A stretch of 64,000 nt of DNA, taken from NCBI GenBank assembly GCA_030390025.1, contig CM059430.1:72540001-72604000 (forward strand), written 5' to 3'. The stretch comes from Squalus acanthias. Its lineage: Eukaryota. A program made the translations under genes and the position numbers. Of the stretch, positions 12,829 to 26,169 are shown one piece after another. The notes beneath the pieces are model-generated. The model had not been told where the DNA came from. It searched no databases and saw only the letters and a program-made list of their open reading frames with translations. Each line of letters opens with the position of its first letter. Positions within the stretch are counted from its first letter, which is position 1.

Positions 12829-13476
12829 CAAATAAAAGCAGAAAATGCTGGATACACTCAGCAGATCAGACAGCCTCTGTGGAGAGAGAAACAGAGTTAA
12901 CGTTTCAGGTCGATGACCCTTCGTCAGAACTGGAAAAAAGCTGGAGATGGAACAGGTTTTTAAGCAAGTGTAGGGGCAGGGAGAGGGGGGAGGGGAGGAA
13001 AGATCAAAAGGGAAGGTCTGTGATCGGATGGAAGGCAGGAGAGATTAAGAGTCATTCGGAAAGATTAAGAGATGATGCAAGGCAAAAGGAGATGGTAATG
13101 GGACAAATTAAGAAACAAAAGATGACTCTAGATGAAGTGTAAATGGCACTGGCAGAATGAAAGACAGCTGCCATGTGAGAGAGAGAGAAATAAATAAATA
13201 AATTAAAAAAAAAGAGGAGCAGAGGTTATGATCTGAAATTGTTGAACTTTATGCTGAGTCCAGAAGGCTGTAAAGTGCTTAATCGAAAGATGAGGTGCTG
13301 TTCCTCGAGCTTGCGTTGTGCTTCATTGGAACAGTGGAAGAGGCCGAGGACGGTGAGATCTGAGTGGGAGAGGAGCGGAGAATTAAAGTGACAAGCGACC
13401 AAAAGCTCGGGGCCACCCTTATGGACTGAACGGAGGTGTTCCGCAAAGCGGTCACCCAATCTGCGTTTGGTCTCCC
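12829..13476 (-). mobile_element. Penelope-like element (family 2), 3' fragment
   Basis: GIY-YIG C-terminus (GDRFAEHLRS..KLEEQHLIFRL); imperfect TSD AGGTAAGA(T/A)TT; hammerhead at 12895-12931; absent from the paralogous site (~41785). Confidence 0.88.
12895..12931 (-). ncRNA. Minimal hammerhead ribozyme
   Basis: AGTT CTGACGA agGGTC atc GACCT GAAA CG TT AACT. Confidence 0.7.
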
Positions 13477-14033
13477 AGGTAAGAATTAAACATTATTTCT
13501 CATTAGGAGAAGTGTATTATTTGTATTGTTTCGGTTTGTGTCAGTGACAATGAAGGATTTCAGACGAACCTCCGATTACTCGCTAACCACGGAAAAAACG
13601 GCCTAAATCCTCGCGGAAACTGCAGGCATTAGGGCCTGAATTCTCGGGGGTCACCGGCGAGAGATTTGTAGAATCCACCGGTGTTTAGGGACCAGGACGG
13701 CACAAGTTGAAGCATTTCCGTTACTTGCTCATTATCTTATTGGGAAGGAAAAGGTACCTATATCCGGGCTGGAAAAGGGACAGTAATGTAGAAGTCGTAC
13801 TTCTGATAAATGTACAAATGTACCTGCTGAGGAAGGGCCCAGATCGTCTTGACTGTAAATGGAATGTTTTCCCGAAATTGGTTACCCTCGCACATAAACA
13901 ATAGAAGCAAAGGAAGCGCAAAGTGACGCCCGCAGTCCATGGAGATGAATCTGAGTTACTATTAACAGTTTTTCTATTCATTATATAGAATATATAGACA
14001 TAATTTTATTTGAGAAACATGCACGCCACTTAC

Positions 14034-14339
14034 CTGAAAAGTGAATAACGTGATATACACGTGCGCCAGTGTGAAGAGAGACGTGTGATATCTGACAGGT
14101 ATAATTCGTTCTGCTCTGCAAAGAACCTGTTTCATGGAGATAACTGGAAACTTCATACAGTCCCGCTGTGTTCTGTGTTTTATTTAGTTCCATACCGCTC
14201 TGAATTTCGGATCCATTTTTAAACCAAGTGATGTTCAGCTTTTCCGGGAAAAACGCAGCCGTTTTACACTCAAGAGTCAAAGAAGTCGATGACACAGTTC
14301 TAAGCACAGAGGCGAAGATCTGTAAAGGCGTCGGAGGAA
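14034..14339 (-). CDS. Gene A Ig C1-set exon (C1a), intact
   Basis: 306 bp, phase 1-1, ccacag| and |gtaagt splice sites; C1 hallmarks LECKTAAFFPEKLNITWFKNG, LYEVSSYL, YTCQISHVSL. Confidence 0.9.
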
Positions 14340-14905
14340 CTGTGGAAAAATAGTTAGACATTTTATCTTCAGTTCATTTGATAACCAGTGTGGACTGAAA
14401 TCCAAACAACAATAAGGAAGTCAACAATCAGCTGAAATAGAACCACGTCCAGTTTCACATTAACACGGTTATTATATAAAGTTGGCGCTTATATTTTCAG
14501 TATGTTAACTACGGAACTATAAGTAATGTCAAGATAAAATGTACAGGCTCATGATATTTTATAAATATGATTGTCAGTTAAAGAAATCTTCTGCTGTATA
14601 GTTAACTCTGTTGTCAAAAGTTTCATAGAGCTCATCTCCATTTGACTTATGGTTAAAGTCGGTTTATATTTGCGGCAGTTTAAAAATGTTCTCAGTCAAC
14701 TATTGCTGTTTCTTTACTCGAAATAAAATATTGCATAATATAAAGACATGGTCCAATGATAAAAGCTCTTCTGCACATTTGATTTCCACCTCTATAATAC
14801 TAATCGAACCGTATTTCCTTTAAGCATCTCTCTGTTTTCCAAATGTGCCCAGTAATTGATCAAGCCGATATGTCAAATTTTCGAAACGAACAATGGAACT
14901 AAAAT

Positions 14906-16370
14906 AACAACAGAAAACGCTGGAAAAACTCAGCAGGCCAGGCAGCATCCGTGGAGAGAGAAAGAGAGTTGACGTTTCAGGTCGATGACCTTTCATCAGA
15001 ACTGGGAAGAGCTGGAAATCAAATAGATTTAAGGCCAGGGTAAAGCTGGGAAAAGGGGGAGGGGATAAAGGAACAAAGGAGGAGATGAAGAGACATTAAG
15101 AGACATTAAGAGATATGCAAGGCTAGAGGTGGTGTTAATGTGACAGATTAAGGCTGAATGAAGTGTGAAATCCACTGGCAGAATGAAGGACAGCTGCCAG
15201 CTTCTAGGAGGAAAAAAAAGGTGGGGGGGACAAATAAAAGGGTGGATAAAATAAAATATAAATGTGATTGGAGCTGAGGTTATGATCTAAAATTGTTGAA
15301 CTCGATATTGAGTCCAGAGGGCTGTAGCGTGCCTAAACGAAAGATGAGGTGCTGTTCCTCGAGCTTACGCTGAGCTTCCGTGGAACAGTGTAATAGGCCG
15401 AGGACGGTGAGGTCAGAGTGGGAGTGAAGCGGTGAATTAAAGTGACAGGCCACCGGGAGCTCGGGGTCCCCCTTACGGACTGAACGGAGGTGTTCCGCAA
15501 AGCGGTCACCCAATCTGCGTTTGGTCTCCCCAATGTAGAGGAGTCCACATCGTGAGCAGCGAATACAGTATACTAAATTGCAGGAAGTACAAGTAAATCG
15601 CTGTTTCACCTGGAAGGGGTGTTTGGGGCCCTGGACAGTGGGAAGAGGGGAGGTATAAGGGCATGTGTTGCATCTCCTGCGCGTGCACGGGAAGGTGCCG
15701 GGCGAAGGGGAAGGGGTGCTGGGGGTGGTAGAGGAGTGGACTAGGGTGTCGCGGAGGGAGCGGTCCCTGCGGAATGCTGAAAGGGGAGGTGAGGGGAAGA
15801 TGTGTTTGGTGGTGGGATCACGCTGGAGGTGGCGGAAATGGCGGAGGATGATCCGTTGAATGTGGAGGCTGGTGGGGTGAAAGGTGAGGACAAGGGGAAC
15901 CCTATCGTGGTTCCGGGAGGGAGGGGCAGGGGTGAGGGCAGATGTGCGGGAGATAGAACGGACACGGTCGAGGGCCGTGTCGACCACGGTAGAGGGGAAT
16001 CCTCGGTTGAGGAAAAAGGAAGACATGTCGGAAGCACTGGTATGGAAGGTGGCATCATCAGAGCAGATGCGGCGGAGACGGAGAAACTGGGAGAATGGAA
16101 TAGAGTCCTTACAGGAGGCGGGGTGGGAGGAAGTGTAGTCCAGGTAGCTGTGGGAGTCGGTGGGCTTGTAGTGAATGTTAGTCAATAACCTATCCCCAGA
16201 GATGGAGATGGAGAAGTCGAGGAAGGGAAGGGAAGAGTCGGAGATGGACCATGTGAAGGTGAGGGAAGGGTGGAAATTGGAAGCATAGTGAATGAAATGT
16301 TCTAGTTCAGGGCGAGAGCAGGAGACGGCACCGATACAGTCATCAATGTACCGGAAAAAGAGGTGAGGGA
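14906..16370 (-). mobile_element. Penelope-like element (family 2), 5'-truncated, apparently young
   Basis: RYIDD near 16345; 301-aa ORF 15280-16185 with RT thumb and GIY-YIG (NLVYCIRC..LYIGET..RFAEH); 11-bp TSD GGAACTAAAAT (14895-14905, 16371-16381). Confidence 0.92.
14967..15003 (-). ncRNA. Minimal hammerhead ribozyme with a canonical GUC cleavage triplet
   Basis: AGTT CTGATGA aAGGTC atc GACCT GAAA C GTC AACT. Confidence 0.78.
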
Positions 16371-17027
16371 GGAACTAAAATTCCGCGCAAGTCCCACCAG
16401 GTTAGCGCTATTACTTCAAATGGGAAACTTGCAGAAACCTCAGAGGCGTATATAACCGTCCGTTGTCATTCATTTATCACGTTGCTATGGAGCTTTTGAC
16501 GGTGTCCTCGTGGCAGCCCCACTTTACTTCGAGACCGTAGAGATCTTATCGCCAGAGAATGTTACATGGATTTTTTTTGGCTTTGCTGAATTTTGATCTG
16601 AAACGGGACTGATGCATTCCTAATTTCCTCCTTCTCCCAACATCTTAACATCATTTACCTTTAATCATTTTTCAGTAGTGTTTCAAATCTTGTAATCGAT
16701 TTAGCATTGAGCACTTGCTGTGAGCAAGTATTCCCTATTCCAAAAGAATCTTTGCGTGTAACATTATTCTTCCAATTCCCGCCTTTTAATTTTCATCAGA
16801 AAAAAGTCAATATGTCCCCTTTATATTAAGTAGCAGAAATTTACAGCAAGAAAAAAAACATACGGACTTCACATTCCCGACGAGTTTTCCCTTTCTTCCA
16901 CCGTAACCGCGACTTAAAATAATTTCAAATCCTGGAGAAACCGCGCTTTTAGTACTTGCGCTGATTGTCCGGCGTTACTAGAATCTCCCTTTGAATATCC
17001 TGGGCATCAAGTATCCTTGTATCCTTA

Positions 17028-17355
17028 CAGGTGATGGTGTTACCACGCGCCTGCTGTCCTTGTCCTTCAAGTTGGTAGAGGTCGCGGGTTTGGCAGGTGC
17101 TGCCGCAGAAGCCTTGGTGAGTTGCTGCAGTGCATCTTGTAGACGATACACACTGCAGCCACGGTGCGCCGGTGGTGGATGGAGTCAATCTTTAAGGTGG
17201 TGGATTGGGTGCCAATCAAGCGGGCTGCTTTGTCCTGGATGCTGTCGAGCTTCTTGAGTGTTGTTGGAGTTGCCCTCATCCAGGCATTTGGAGAGAATCC
17301 CATCACAATCCTGACTTGTGCTTTGTAGCTGGTGGACATGCTTTTCGGAGTCCAC
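17028..17355 (-). mobile_element. CR1/L2-group LINE 3' ORF fragment
   Basis: [27 protein letters not shown], matching 35735-36250. Confidence 0.8.
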
Positions 17356-17373
17356 AAATCTGCGTTATTGAAT

Positions 17374-17534
17374 NNNNNNNNNNNNNNNNNNNNNNNNNNN
17401 NNNNNNNNNNNNNNNNNNNNNNNNNNNNNNNNNNNNNNNNNNNNNNNNNNNNNNNNNNNNNNNNNNNNNNNNNNNNNNNNNNNNNNNNNNNNNNNNNNNN
17501 NNNNNNNNNNNNNNNNNNNNNNNNNNNNNNNNNN
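17374..17534. other. Assembly gap
   Basis: Run of N. Confidence 1.
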
Positions 17535-17583
17535 TTATTTCTGAGTTTTATCGACATTTAGATTGGTATAGAACGACACTTAC

Positions 17584-17903
17584 GAAATACAATTAGTTCT
17601 ATGCCGTTTCCATCAACAAATTCGGATGTCCCAACTTGCACTCTGCTTTTATAGACTCCAGAGTCCTGGAATGTCACATTCTGCAGATGAAATAAACTGT
17701 TTCATTCTGTAGAGCTTCAAATTGTCTACGGTTGTCAGGCGTTACTCTTATCAATTTTTTGTCTACGACCTTGCCCCAGAAAACATTTATTTCCTCGTCC
17801 TTCTTTAATCCAGATACCGTGGCAAGTAGGGTAACGTTTTCACCCCTTTTCATCGCTACAGATTCGGGGAACTGAGTGCATTTCAGGGAAACATCTTCGG
17901 CAG
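17584..17903 (-). pseudogene. Gene A VJ-type Ig exon, frameshifted and lacking both canonical cysteines
   Basis: AEDVSLKCTQFPESVAMKRGENVTLLATVSGLKKDEEINVFWGK..PDNRRQFEALQNE/SLFHLQNVTFQDSGVYKSRVQVGTSEFVDGNGIELIVF. The exon is 320 bp versus 321 bp in gene B, with one base missing near 17700. Confidence 0.85.
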
Positions 17904-18120
17904 CTGTCGGAAATAGATATCATTGCAGAATGATTACTTGATAAACAGAAGAATATGAAGAGTTAAAATGCAGAACAAAGCAGTGATGAGCACAATACGG
18001 CAATGTAAAGAACAATGTTTAATTCGTGACTATTAAAACAGGACAAAGAGAAATATAAAGCTTGATCAATTTCCGATATTTTGCTACTGCAGAGCCTCTT
18101 ATATGAAATCGGTCACATAC

Positions 18121-18186
18121 CTGTGCAGAAAATCCCCAGCATGGCACAATGCTGAAACGCAATTTCCGAAACAAACTTAAACCCAT
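18121..18186 (-). pseudogene. Gene A leader-like exon
   Basis: Ends ..LGIFCT G|gtatgt, like gene B's ..LGIIYT G|gt, but the ATG at 18186 is out of frame with that reading. Confidence 0.55.
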
Positions 18187-19299
18187 CACTGAGTTTAGCG
18201 TTTTCGAAACTCCAATGTGACTACAGTTACAGTGACGTGTAAGATGTTAACATTTCTGAAGAGATTTGCAGCCCGCTGAGGAACTGGGCTGGGCAGGGTG
18301 AAAGCTCCGCCTACAACGCGCAGTGCATCGGTTCGCTGATCCGCTCCAGCAACTCTCACTCAGGAAATATACAAAACACAGGTTTGTTGAACGCACGAAC
18401 AGAAGAAAATTACTTCAGAAAGTTTCGTACCTTACCGACTTTCAATATTCTTCGTCGTCTTCAGAAACTTATAATTTGAATTTAGATCTACTGCTGCTCT
18501 TCTGGAAGGTTTGTGCACACATGTGAGATAACGCTAAATATTGCAATTAAAACATCGCAATACGTCCAGCCCATCTGGTGCGTGGCTCGTAGGGGAGTCA
18601 GCTTAAGGTTAATCTGAAATAGACCAGGCCCAGGCCATTAACTGCTGGGGAGGGGTGTAAATTCACACAATATGTCACTGATGAGCTGTAGCGGTGTGAA
18701 AAGTACCCATTGTTGGAGGTAAAGTAGCTACTATGGGGCTGGTAGAACTCAATCACAATACAGATTGTATACCGGAGAGAATGGATTACGGAGGAGGTAA
18801 GTGTAGTGAATTCTCCCAAATACCATGGAAGGTAAGAAAGGATATCGCGCACCATTATAATTGCTGAGGAAGTACTCTGTAACGTAGCCTGTCAGTCGCC
18901 TTATTTAAAGGTTGATGAGCCCAGTTTCTATTATGTTCATCACAATCCTTGCATTATAACCTCACAACAATGACTTATAATATTCGAGATAACTCAAAAG
19001 ATTATTAAAGGTTTCTGAACTTCTAAAGTCACTCATCAAATTTAACTAAATAGTTTTATTTTGACAAAGAATATTTTCACACATATTTTCGTGTACAATA
19101 TTTGCAAACCAATAACATTCTCAAAACCTTGCGGTTTTGACCTCAGATCACCACTAGATTATGAGCTTATTTTCCTTTGTGTCGCTTGGTTGAGCAGCTT
19201 ATGTTGCACGACATGCTTTTGTCACACATTCTTTGCGGTTGATATTCTTTATTCCAAACAGTTACTGCTGGCTGCTGCGTTTTGCACTTTTAGCAAGTC

Positions 19300-22070
19300 A
19301 TAGGATCATATAGCACAGAAGGAGGCCATTTGGCCCATCGTCTCTAAGTCGGCTCTCTGAAACAGCTACCAATTAATTCCACCCTATACACTTGCACAAT
19401 ATCCCTGCAAATGGCCTTTTCAAGTATTTAACCAATTCTATTTTGAAATTACTATTGAATCGAATTCCACCATCCTTTCAGTCAATGAATTCCAGTTCAT
19501 AACAACTCCCTGAGTAAAATAAATTCTCAGCATCTCCCCCCTGGCTTTTCCCGCCCCAATTATCTTAAATCTGTGTCCTGGTTACCGACCATCCGTCCTG
19601 TGGAAACAGTTTCTTCCGACCTACTCTATCAAAAGCGCCTCAATTTTAAACACCTTTATTACATCTCTTCCCTTAACGTTCTTTGCCCTAAGGAGAATAA
19701 TCCCAGATCCTCTAGTCTCTCTAGATAACTGAATGTTCTCCATTCCTGCTAATATTCTGGTAAATCTCCTCTGCACCGTCCCCAGGCCTTGACATCCTTT
19801 CTAAAGTCTGGTGCCCAGACTTGAAAACAAATACTCTAAATGACGTCTAACCAGTGAATTATTATCTTTTACCATAACTTCCTTGTTTTTGTACTCTATG
19901 CCTCTACTTAAAAAGCCCCGTATGTTTTTGCAACGCTTTTGAACTTGTCCTGCCATCTCCAGAAATTTGTATATGTGAAACCTTAGGTCTCGCTGTTGCT
20001 GCAACCCATTAACATTTTACCATTGCGTTTACATTGCCTTAACCTCGTTTTTCCATCCAAAATGCATCAATTCACAAACCTCTGCATTAAATTTCATCTG
20101 GCTCGCTTCTGCCCATTTCACAAGTCTGTCTATGTCCTCCTAAATTCAGCTATTATAATCTTCGCTGTTTTCTACACTTACAAGCTTTGGGTCATCCACA
20201 AAATTTTAAATTATGCACCTAACCAAGTCCAGGTAATTATTATATCAAAAGAGCAGTGGTTCTAATACCGACCCCTGCGGGACACCACTGTATACGTCCC
20301 TCCAATGTGAAAAAAACCCGTTCACCGCTGCTCTCTGCTTTCTGTCTCTTAGCCTTTTGGTGTCCGCGCTGCAACTGCCCCTTTACTCCCATGGGCTTTA
20401 ATTTTGCTAACAAATCTATCATGTGTTGATTTATTAAAGTTCTTCTGAAAGTCCATATACACAAGATTTGTCTTCAAGAAATCCGTGTTGGCTGTCGTTT
20501 ATTAAACCATGTTCTCCAAGTGACAATTAATTTGTTTCGGATTATTGTCTCCCGAAGTTTTCCCAATAGCAATGCTAGGCTGACTTGCCAATAGATATCT
20601 AGTTTACCTCGCTCCCCTTATTTTGAACAGGCGTGTAACATTTGCAGCCTTCCAGTGTTCTTTATCCGCTCCCATTTACAAGGGGGATTGAAATATTGTG
20701 ACCAGAGCCTCCGTTATTTCCACCCTTACTTTGCTCAGCAGTTTAGGACGCATCACATCCGTACTGGGTACCTATTCTACTTTGAGTGCTGCTAATCGTT
20801 TCAGTATCTGCTCTTTATCTATTTTTATCCCATCCAATCTATCTAATCCCTCTCTCTTTACTATAACATTGTTAGTATCCTTTTCTTTAGTGAAGACAGA
20901 AGCAAAATACTCATCCATTGCCTCAGCCATGCCCTCTGCCTCCACGTGATTTCCTCTTTGGCCGTTAATCGGCCCCACGTCTCCTATGACTATCTTTTTT
21001 ATCTTTATATGATTATAAAAAATACTTCAGTGTTTCATTTTATGTTTCATGCTATTTTATTCTCATAGATTCCCTCTGCCCCTCTTATTTCCTTTATCGG
21101 TCTCTTTTGCACTCTCAAGTTACAGTTTGATTCTCTACTGTACTATGAACTCAACATTTATCTTAAGCCTCTTTTTCGGTTTCATTTTAATCTCCATTTT
21201 TATAATGATGCCCTTCCTTACCCCCTGATCGGAATGTATCTAGTCTGTACCCGAACCGCCTCAACTTTGAGGGCCTCCCATTGCGCATTTATTGTTTTTC
21301 CTGTTCATCTTTGCTTCCAATCTTTCTTTCCAATTTACCTGGCCCAGATCCCGTTTTAACACAATCACATTAGCCCTCTTCCAGTTGAGCATTTTCGCTC
21401 TTGATTGTACTTAGTCCTTTTCAATAATTATAAAACTAAAGAGATTATGATCATTTATTCCCAAATTCTCTCTCACTGAAATTAGCTCCACTGCCCCACT
21501 TTATTCTCCAGCATTAGATCCAACAATGCTTCCTTCCTCGTTGGGCTGGAAACATACTGATCAAGAAGATTCTGCTGTACAGATTTCAGAAATTCCTCCC
21601 CCTCTTTGCCCTTTACACTGTTTGTTCTCAGTCTGAATGAGGATCATTGATGTCCTCCAATAACACTTATCTGCTGAAATTCGACGACAAATTACCTTGT
21701 GTCTCCTTCCTACTATTTTGTGGTCTATAATATACAGCCAGCAGCGTAACAGCTCCTCTTTTGCCCCTTAACACGAACCAAATAGATTCTGCCTTTGAAC
21801 CCTACAGCACATCATCCCTTTCCAGGGCTGTAACAGTATATTTGATTAATACTGCCATCACCCCTCCTTTACTCCCTTATCTATTTCTCCTGAATATATT
21901 GTAGCCAGGAAAGTTAAGATCCTATTCCTGCCCTTGTATGAGCCAGATCTCCGTATTGCTGCTGTATCATAATCACATGTGGCAACTTCTGCCTGCAGCA
22001 CTGCAAGCTTATTGGCCAATCTCTGTGCATTTACGCACATACACACCAAACACGCCTAGATTTGCTTTGT
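19300..22070 (-). mobile_element. CR1-clade LINE, long degenerate copy (endonuclease to 3' tail)
   Basis: Fragments CMCVNAQ (APE start), EYFASVFTKE, RGIEYKNKEV; 3' tail at the left end. Confidence 0.85.
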
Positions 22071-22184
22071 AATACTCCTCTGTCTTTATGCTCCTATTAC
22101 TGAACTAATCTTTATTCGATTACTGCCCTGTCCTCTGTGTACCTTATTTCTCCTCTCTTCATCATGGTTCCCTTCCACCTATCA

Positions 22185-22418
22185 CTTTCTTCACTCAGCG
22201 AGTGTTGAATCTTTAGAATTCTCTACCCCAGAGGACTATGGAGGCTCAGTAGTTGAATATCTTCAAGACAGAGATCGATAGATTTTTGAATTTTCAGGAA
22301 TCAAGGGATATGGGGATAGTGCAGGAAAGTGGAGACGGGGTAGAAGATCAGCCATGATCTTATCGAAGAGCCAAATGGTCTACTTCTGCTCCTTTTTCTA
22401 ATGTTCTTATGTTCTTAT
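22185..22418 (+). mobile_element. CR1 LINE/SINE 3' tail
   Basis: Same tail as 11580-11806, ending TGTTCTTATGTTCTTATG. Confidence 0.75.
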
Positions 22419-23347
22419 GTCATTGGTTCCAACATGGATCATGACTTATAATTGTTCCCCTGCTTTCCTTCCCCAAGGATTCAGTTCCTTACTGCCCGCA
22501 ACATCATTTTATATAGATAACTATCAGTGCATATGTTTTGAACATGGTGTATACCTGTTCACGCCTTTTTCCTGCATTTCTGCTGCACTTTTCCGCCGAA
22601 TTTACGGCAAAGGAGCGACAGCGCCCTCGTTACAATCCGTCTCATGACTTTAATTATGCTAGTTTTCATGATCCTGGATATTGAGTGCTTGTTTTTACTA
22701 AATATGTAGAATGTCCCTGGCATTTCCATTTATATAGAGTATTTTAAGTAGATGGGTTGCATAATTGTTGCTTGCAATGTACCGAAAGAAAAACAGAGTG
22801 CAGAATTAATCTCTTACTTGGAGATAATCCGCATGACATGTTTTAGGGAACCTTTTTTCTGAACAGTGGGAATGTTCTGAAATAAAACTGAACACCACTA
22901 CTCACCAAGGTTCCGATCCATCTGTGCAGTAATGGCGGGTTGTTCTGGTTAAGAATCAAGGCTCAATCCCTGGAGGCTGAAGGCCGCTCGCGCTGTAACT
23001 ACTCTCAGAGGACCTGACTGCCAGTGTGAAAGAAGAGTGAAGATCCTAAGAGTAAGCCAAGGCAACGTGACCTAATAGTTTCTGCAGGATATATCAGTCT
23101 TACGTATGTACGTCAAATATGTGTCTTCTGAACTGTTGCTTTATTATATATAAATCTCCTTCGACATTTTACTTACAACTTTACAGGCCATCGGATGTTT
23201 CCCAATCATTATTAGTTTCAGTGTTAACCATCGATGGCCATACAGTAACTTGACACACATACAGACTGCACCATCTTTCTATACAGTTGCCCTATGGAAC
23301 ACTTTAAAAAGCGTCACTTGCAAATCCTTGGACCACAGTCTAGCTGA

Positions 23348-25428
23348 TTGATGATAAGTCGACTGGTCCAGATGGCTTGAATCCCAGATGGCTTAGGGAC
23401 TTGGGGGAGGTGATAGCAGAAGGGCTTGCCATAACTTTCCAATCTTCCCTAGATGCAGGGGAGGTGCCTGTGGATTGGAAAGTGGCATATGTGACACCAT
23501 TGTTCAAGAAAGGGTGTAAGGACAATCCTAGTAACTACAGGTCGGTCAGTTTAACATCAGTGGTGGGTAAAGTTTTAGAAACAATAATCAAGGAAAAAAT
23601 TAACAGGCACTTGGAGAGGTTTTAGCTAATTAAGGAGAGCCAACACGGATTTGTAAAAGGCAGATCATGTTTGACTTACCTTATTGAATTTTTGATGAAG
23701 TAACAGGGATTGATGAAGGGATTGCAATGGATGTCGTCTACATGGATTTTAGGAAGGCGTTTGACAAAGTACCACATAAAAGTCTGGTTAACAAAATTGA
23801 GGCTCATGGAATAGGTGGGTCAGTGGTAGCTTGGATAAGGAATTGGCTTAAGGACAGAAAACAGCGAGTTGTGGTAAATGGCTGTTTTTCAGACTGTAGG
23901 ATGGTAGACAGTGGTGTTCCCCAAGGGTCAGTGCTGGGGCCACTGCTTTTTTTGATATATATATAAATGACCTGGATATTGGAATACAGAGTAGAATTTC
24001 TAAATTTGCCGATGACACCAAACTTGTGGGTGTGGCAAACAATGAGTATGACACCAATCGAGTGCAACAGGACATAGAAAGTCTAGCAGAATGGGCAGAG
24101 AAGTGGCAGATAAAATTTAATACAGAGAAGTGTGAGGTTCTGCATTTTGGCAGAAGGAACAGTGAGAGGTAATATACACTTAATGGCACAGTTTTAAAGA
24201 GTGTGCAAGGACAGAGGGACCTGAGAGTTAATGTGCATAGGTCCCTGAAGGTGGCAGGACATATTGAGAGAATGGTTAGCAAAGCATACTGGACCTTAGG
24301 CTTCATAAATAGAGGTGATGAGTACAAAAATAGAGAAACTTATGATGATCCTTTATAAAGCGCTGGTTAGGCCACAACTGGATTATTGCATCCAGTTCTG
24401 GTTACCACACTTTAGGAAGGATATGAAGGCCCTTGAGAGGGTGTAGATGAGATTTACCAGAATCGTTCCGGGGATGGGGGATCTTAGCTACAGGGGCAGG
24501 TTGGAGAAGCTGGATTTGTTTTCATTAGAGCAAAGGATGTTGAGGAATGATTTGACAGAGGTGTACAAGATTATGACGGGTTTGGATAGGCTTGACGGGG
24601 AAAGGCTGTTCCCACTACTTGATGGTACAAGGAATAGGGGACACAGATTTAAGGTTTTGGACAAGAGATGCAGGGAGGATGGGATGAAAAACTTTTTTAT
24701 GCAGCGAGTGGTGAGGAACTGGAACTCGCTGCCGATGGAAGTGGTGGAAGCGGAGAGACTCAGACCACCTGCGCGCGCAGATTGTGACGTCATTCCATGG
24801 TGCAACGCCCTTGTGGCGCCCCGGAGCGGAAATTAAGTGGCGCCCCCTGCCTTACCGCCTGGCTCATCCAACGACCAGAAGACTGGAACGCTATCAATCG
24901 CTGTGGGGCTGGGGGGGGGGCGCTATTTAAAGGGGGCCTCTTCCTGTCTTTTATTGTTGGTGGCATTTTTGAACTACGCATTCTGAGAGAGAGAGGGAGA
25001 GACTTCTGGAGAGATTCAACGTTGTGTGAAGGAGTTTTGGGTACTGAGCAGCACTTTGCAGGTTCATTTTGATTTGCCATTCCTTGTATCGATTTAGCAG
25101 AGACTGTGGGAGCTGCACTCTGAGCTCTTTGCCTGGTACTCTCCATTGTTCTTTCCAGCACATTTGATGTGCAAGTCTCTCCAGGCCGAGATTCAAGGCT
25201 GCAATGAACAGGATGTGGATGGAAAGCAAGATTAACCATCCCCTTTAAGAACTGGCCCGTGCCATGTTTTCAAGGGGAGACTGGATAGGCACTTGAGGGA
25301 AATAAACTTGTAGGGCTACGGGGATAGAGCGGGGTAATGGGACTGACTGGATTACTCTGCAGAGAGCTGGCACGGACTCGATGGGCCAAATGGCCTCCGT
25401 CTGTGCCGTTATGACTCTATGACCTTAT
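23348..25428 (+). mobile_element. CR1-clade LINE with an unrelated ~500-bp insert (~24760-25262)
   Basis: [33 protein letters not shown]; the CR1 3' tail resumes at ~25265. Confidence 0.88.
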
Positions 25429-26169
25429 GATACATGGCCAGTTACTTCTCTCTAGGAGGGGCACCCCTATTACTGTAATGAAAGAGGTTATATTTATATC
25501 GCGCCGTTCACGACCTCAGGACATCGCGAACGACTGTTGTAATTTAGGTAAACACGGCAGGAAGTGGTTTTGTTTCGGTTCACATTGAATAACAGAATGA
25601 CATAATTTACAGAAAATCACTTACCACACACTGATTCCTTACCCTTAACTCACATTTAAGCCGCATTTCGGGTGTTTGTGTCCGGCAGGGATAGGATCAT
25701 GAAGGGATGGCAACACATACACCCCAGATCGTGGAGACCACGGCCACCGTTACATAAAAGGAACCCCCTTATTTAGGACGTGTTACTCTCCAGTGACTGC
25801 AGGAGTTGGTAAGGCGGTTTGTCAGCTCAGTGCCGTTTTACATTTGAGACATGAGTCTGGATTCACACCGCCTGTGTCTGGGTGACTGCTGTTAATGGTT
25901 GTGAACATTTTAATAGAGATGCACTTTAACAATTACATCCCAGTTCTCATTGGATTTATTTCCTATTTTAAAATTGGGAGGTAGCGGTTGGTGCTCCCAT
26001 ATAACTGAATAGTACATGGTCATCATCATGGGCGACGAGATAGGGAACGGATAAGGACTATGAACGAAGAAAAGGGAGGGCGGGTGTCCTCATTGGAGGG
26101 ACTATCGCCGAAAATTGGGAACCAAATAAAGTCTAAAAGGAAATAAGATAACAAAATGACTACCAATGA

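Larger units (their letters stand above)
5816..18186 (-). pseudogene. Gene A: probable pseudogene of an Ig-superfamily VJ-C1(-C1)-TM activating-type receptor
   Basis: Exons: leader-like 18121-18186, V 17584-17903 (frameshifted), C1a 14034-14339 (intact), C1b 3' half 8124-~8236, TM 5816-5930. Splice sites are GT/AG. Confidence 0.8.
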
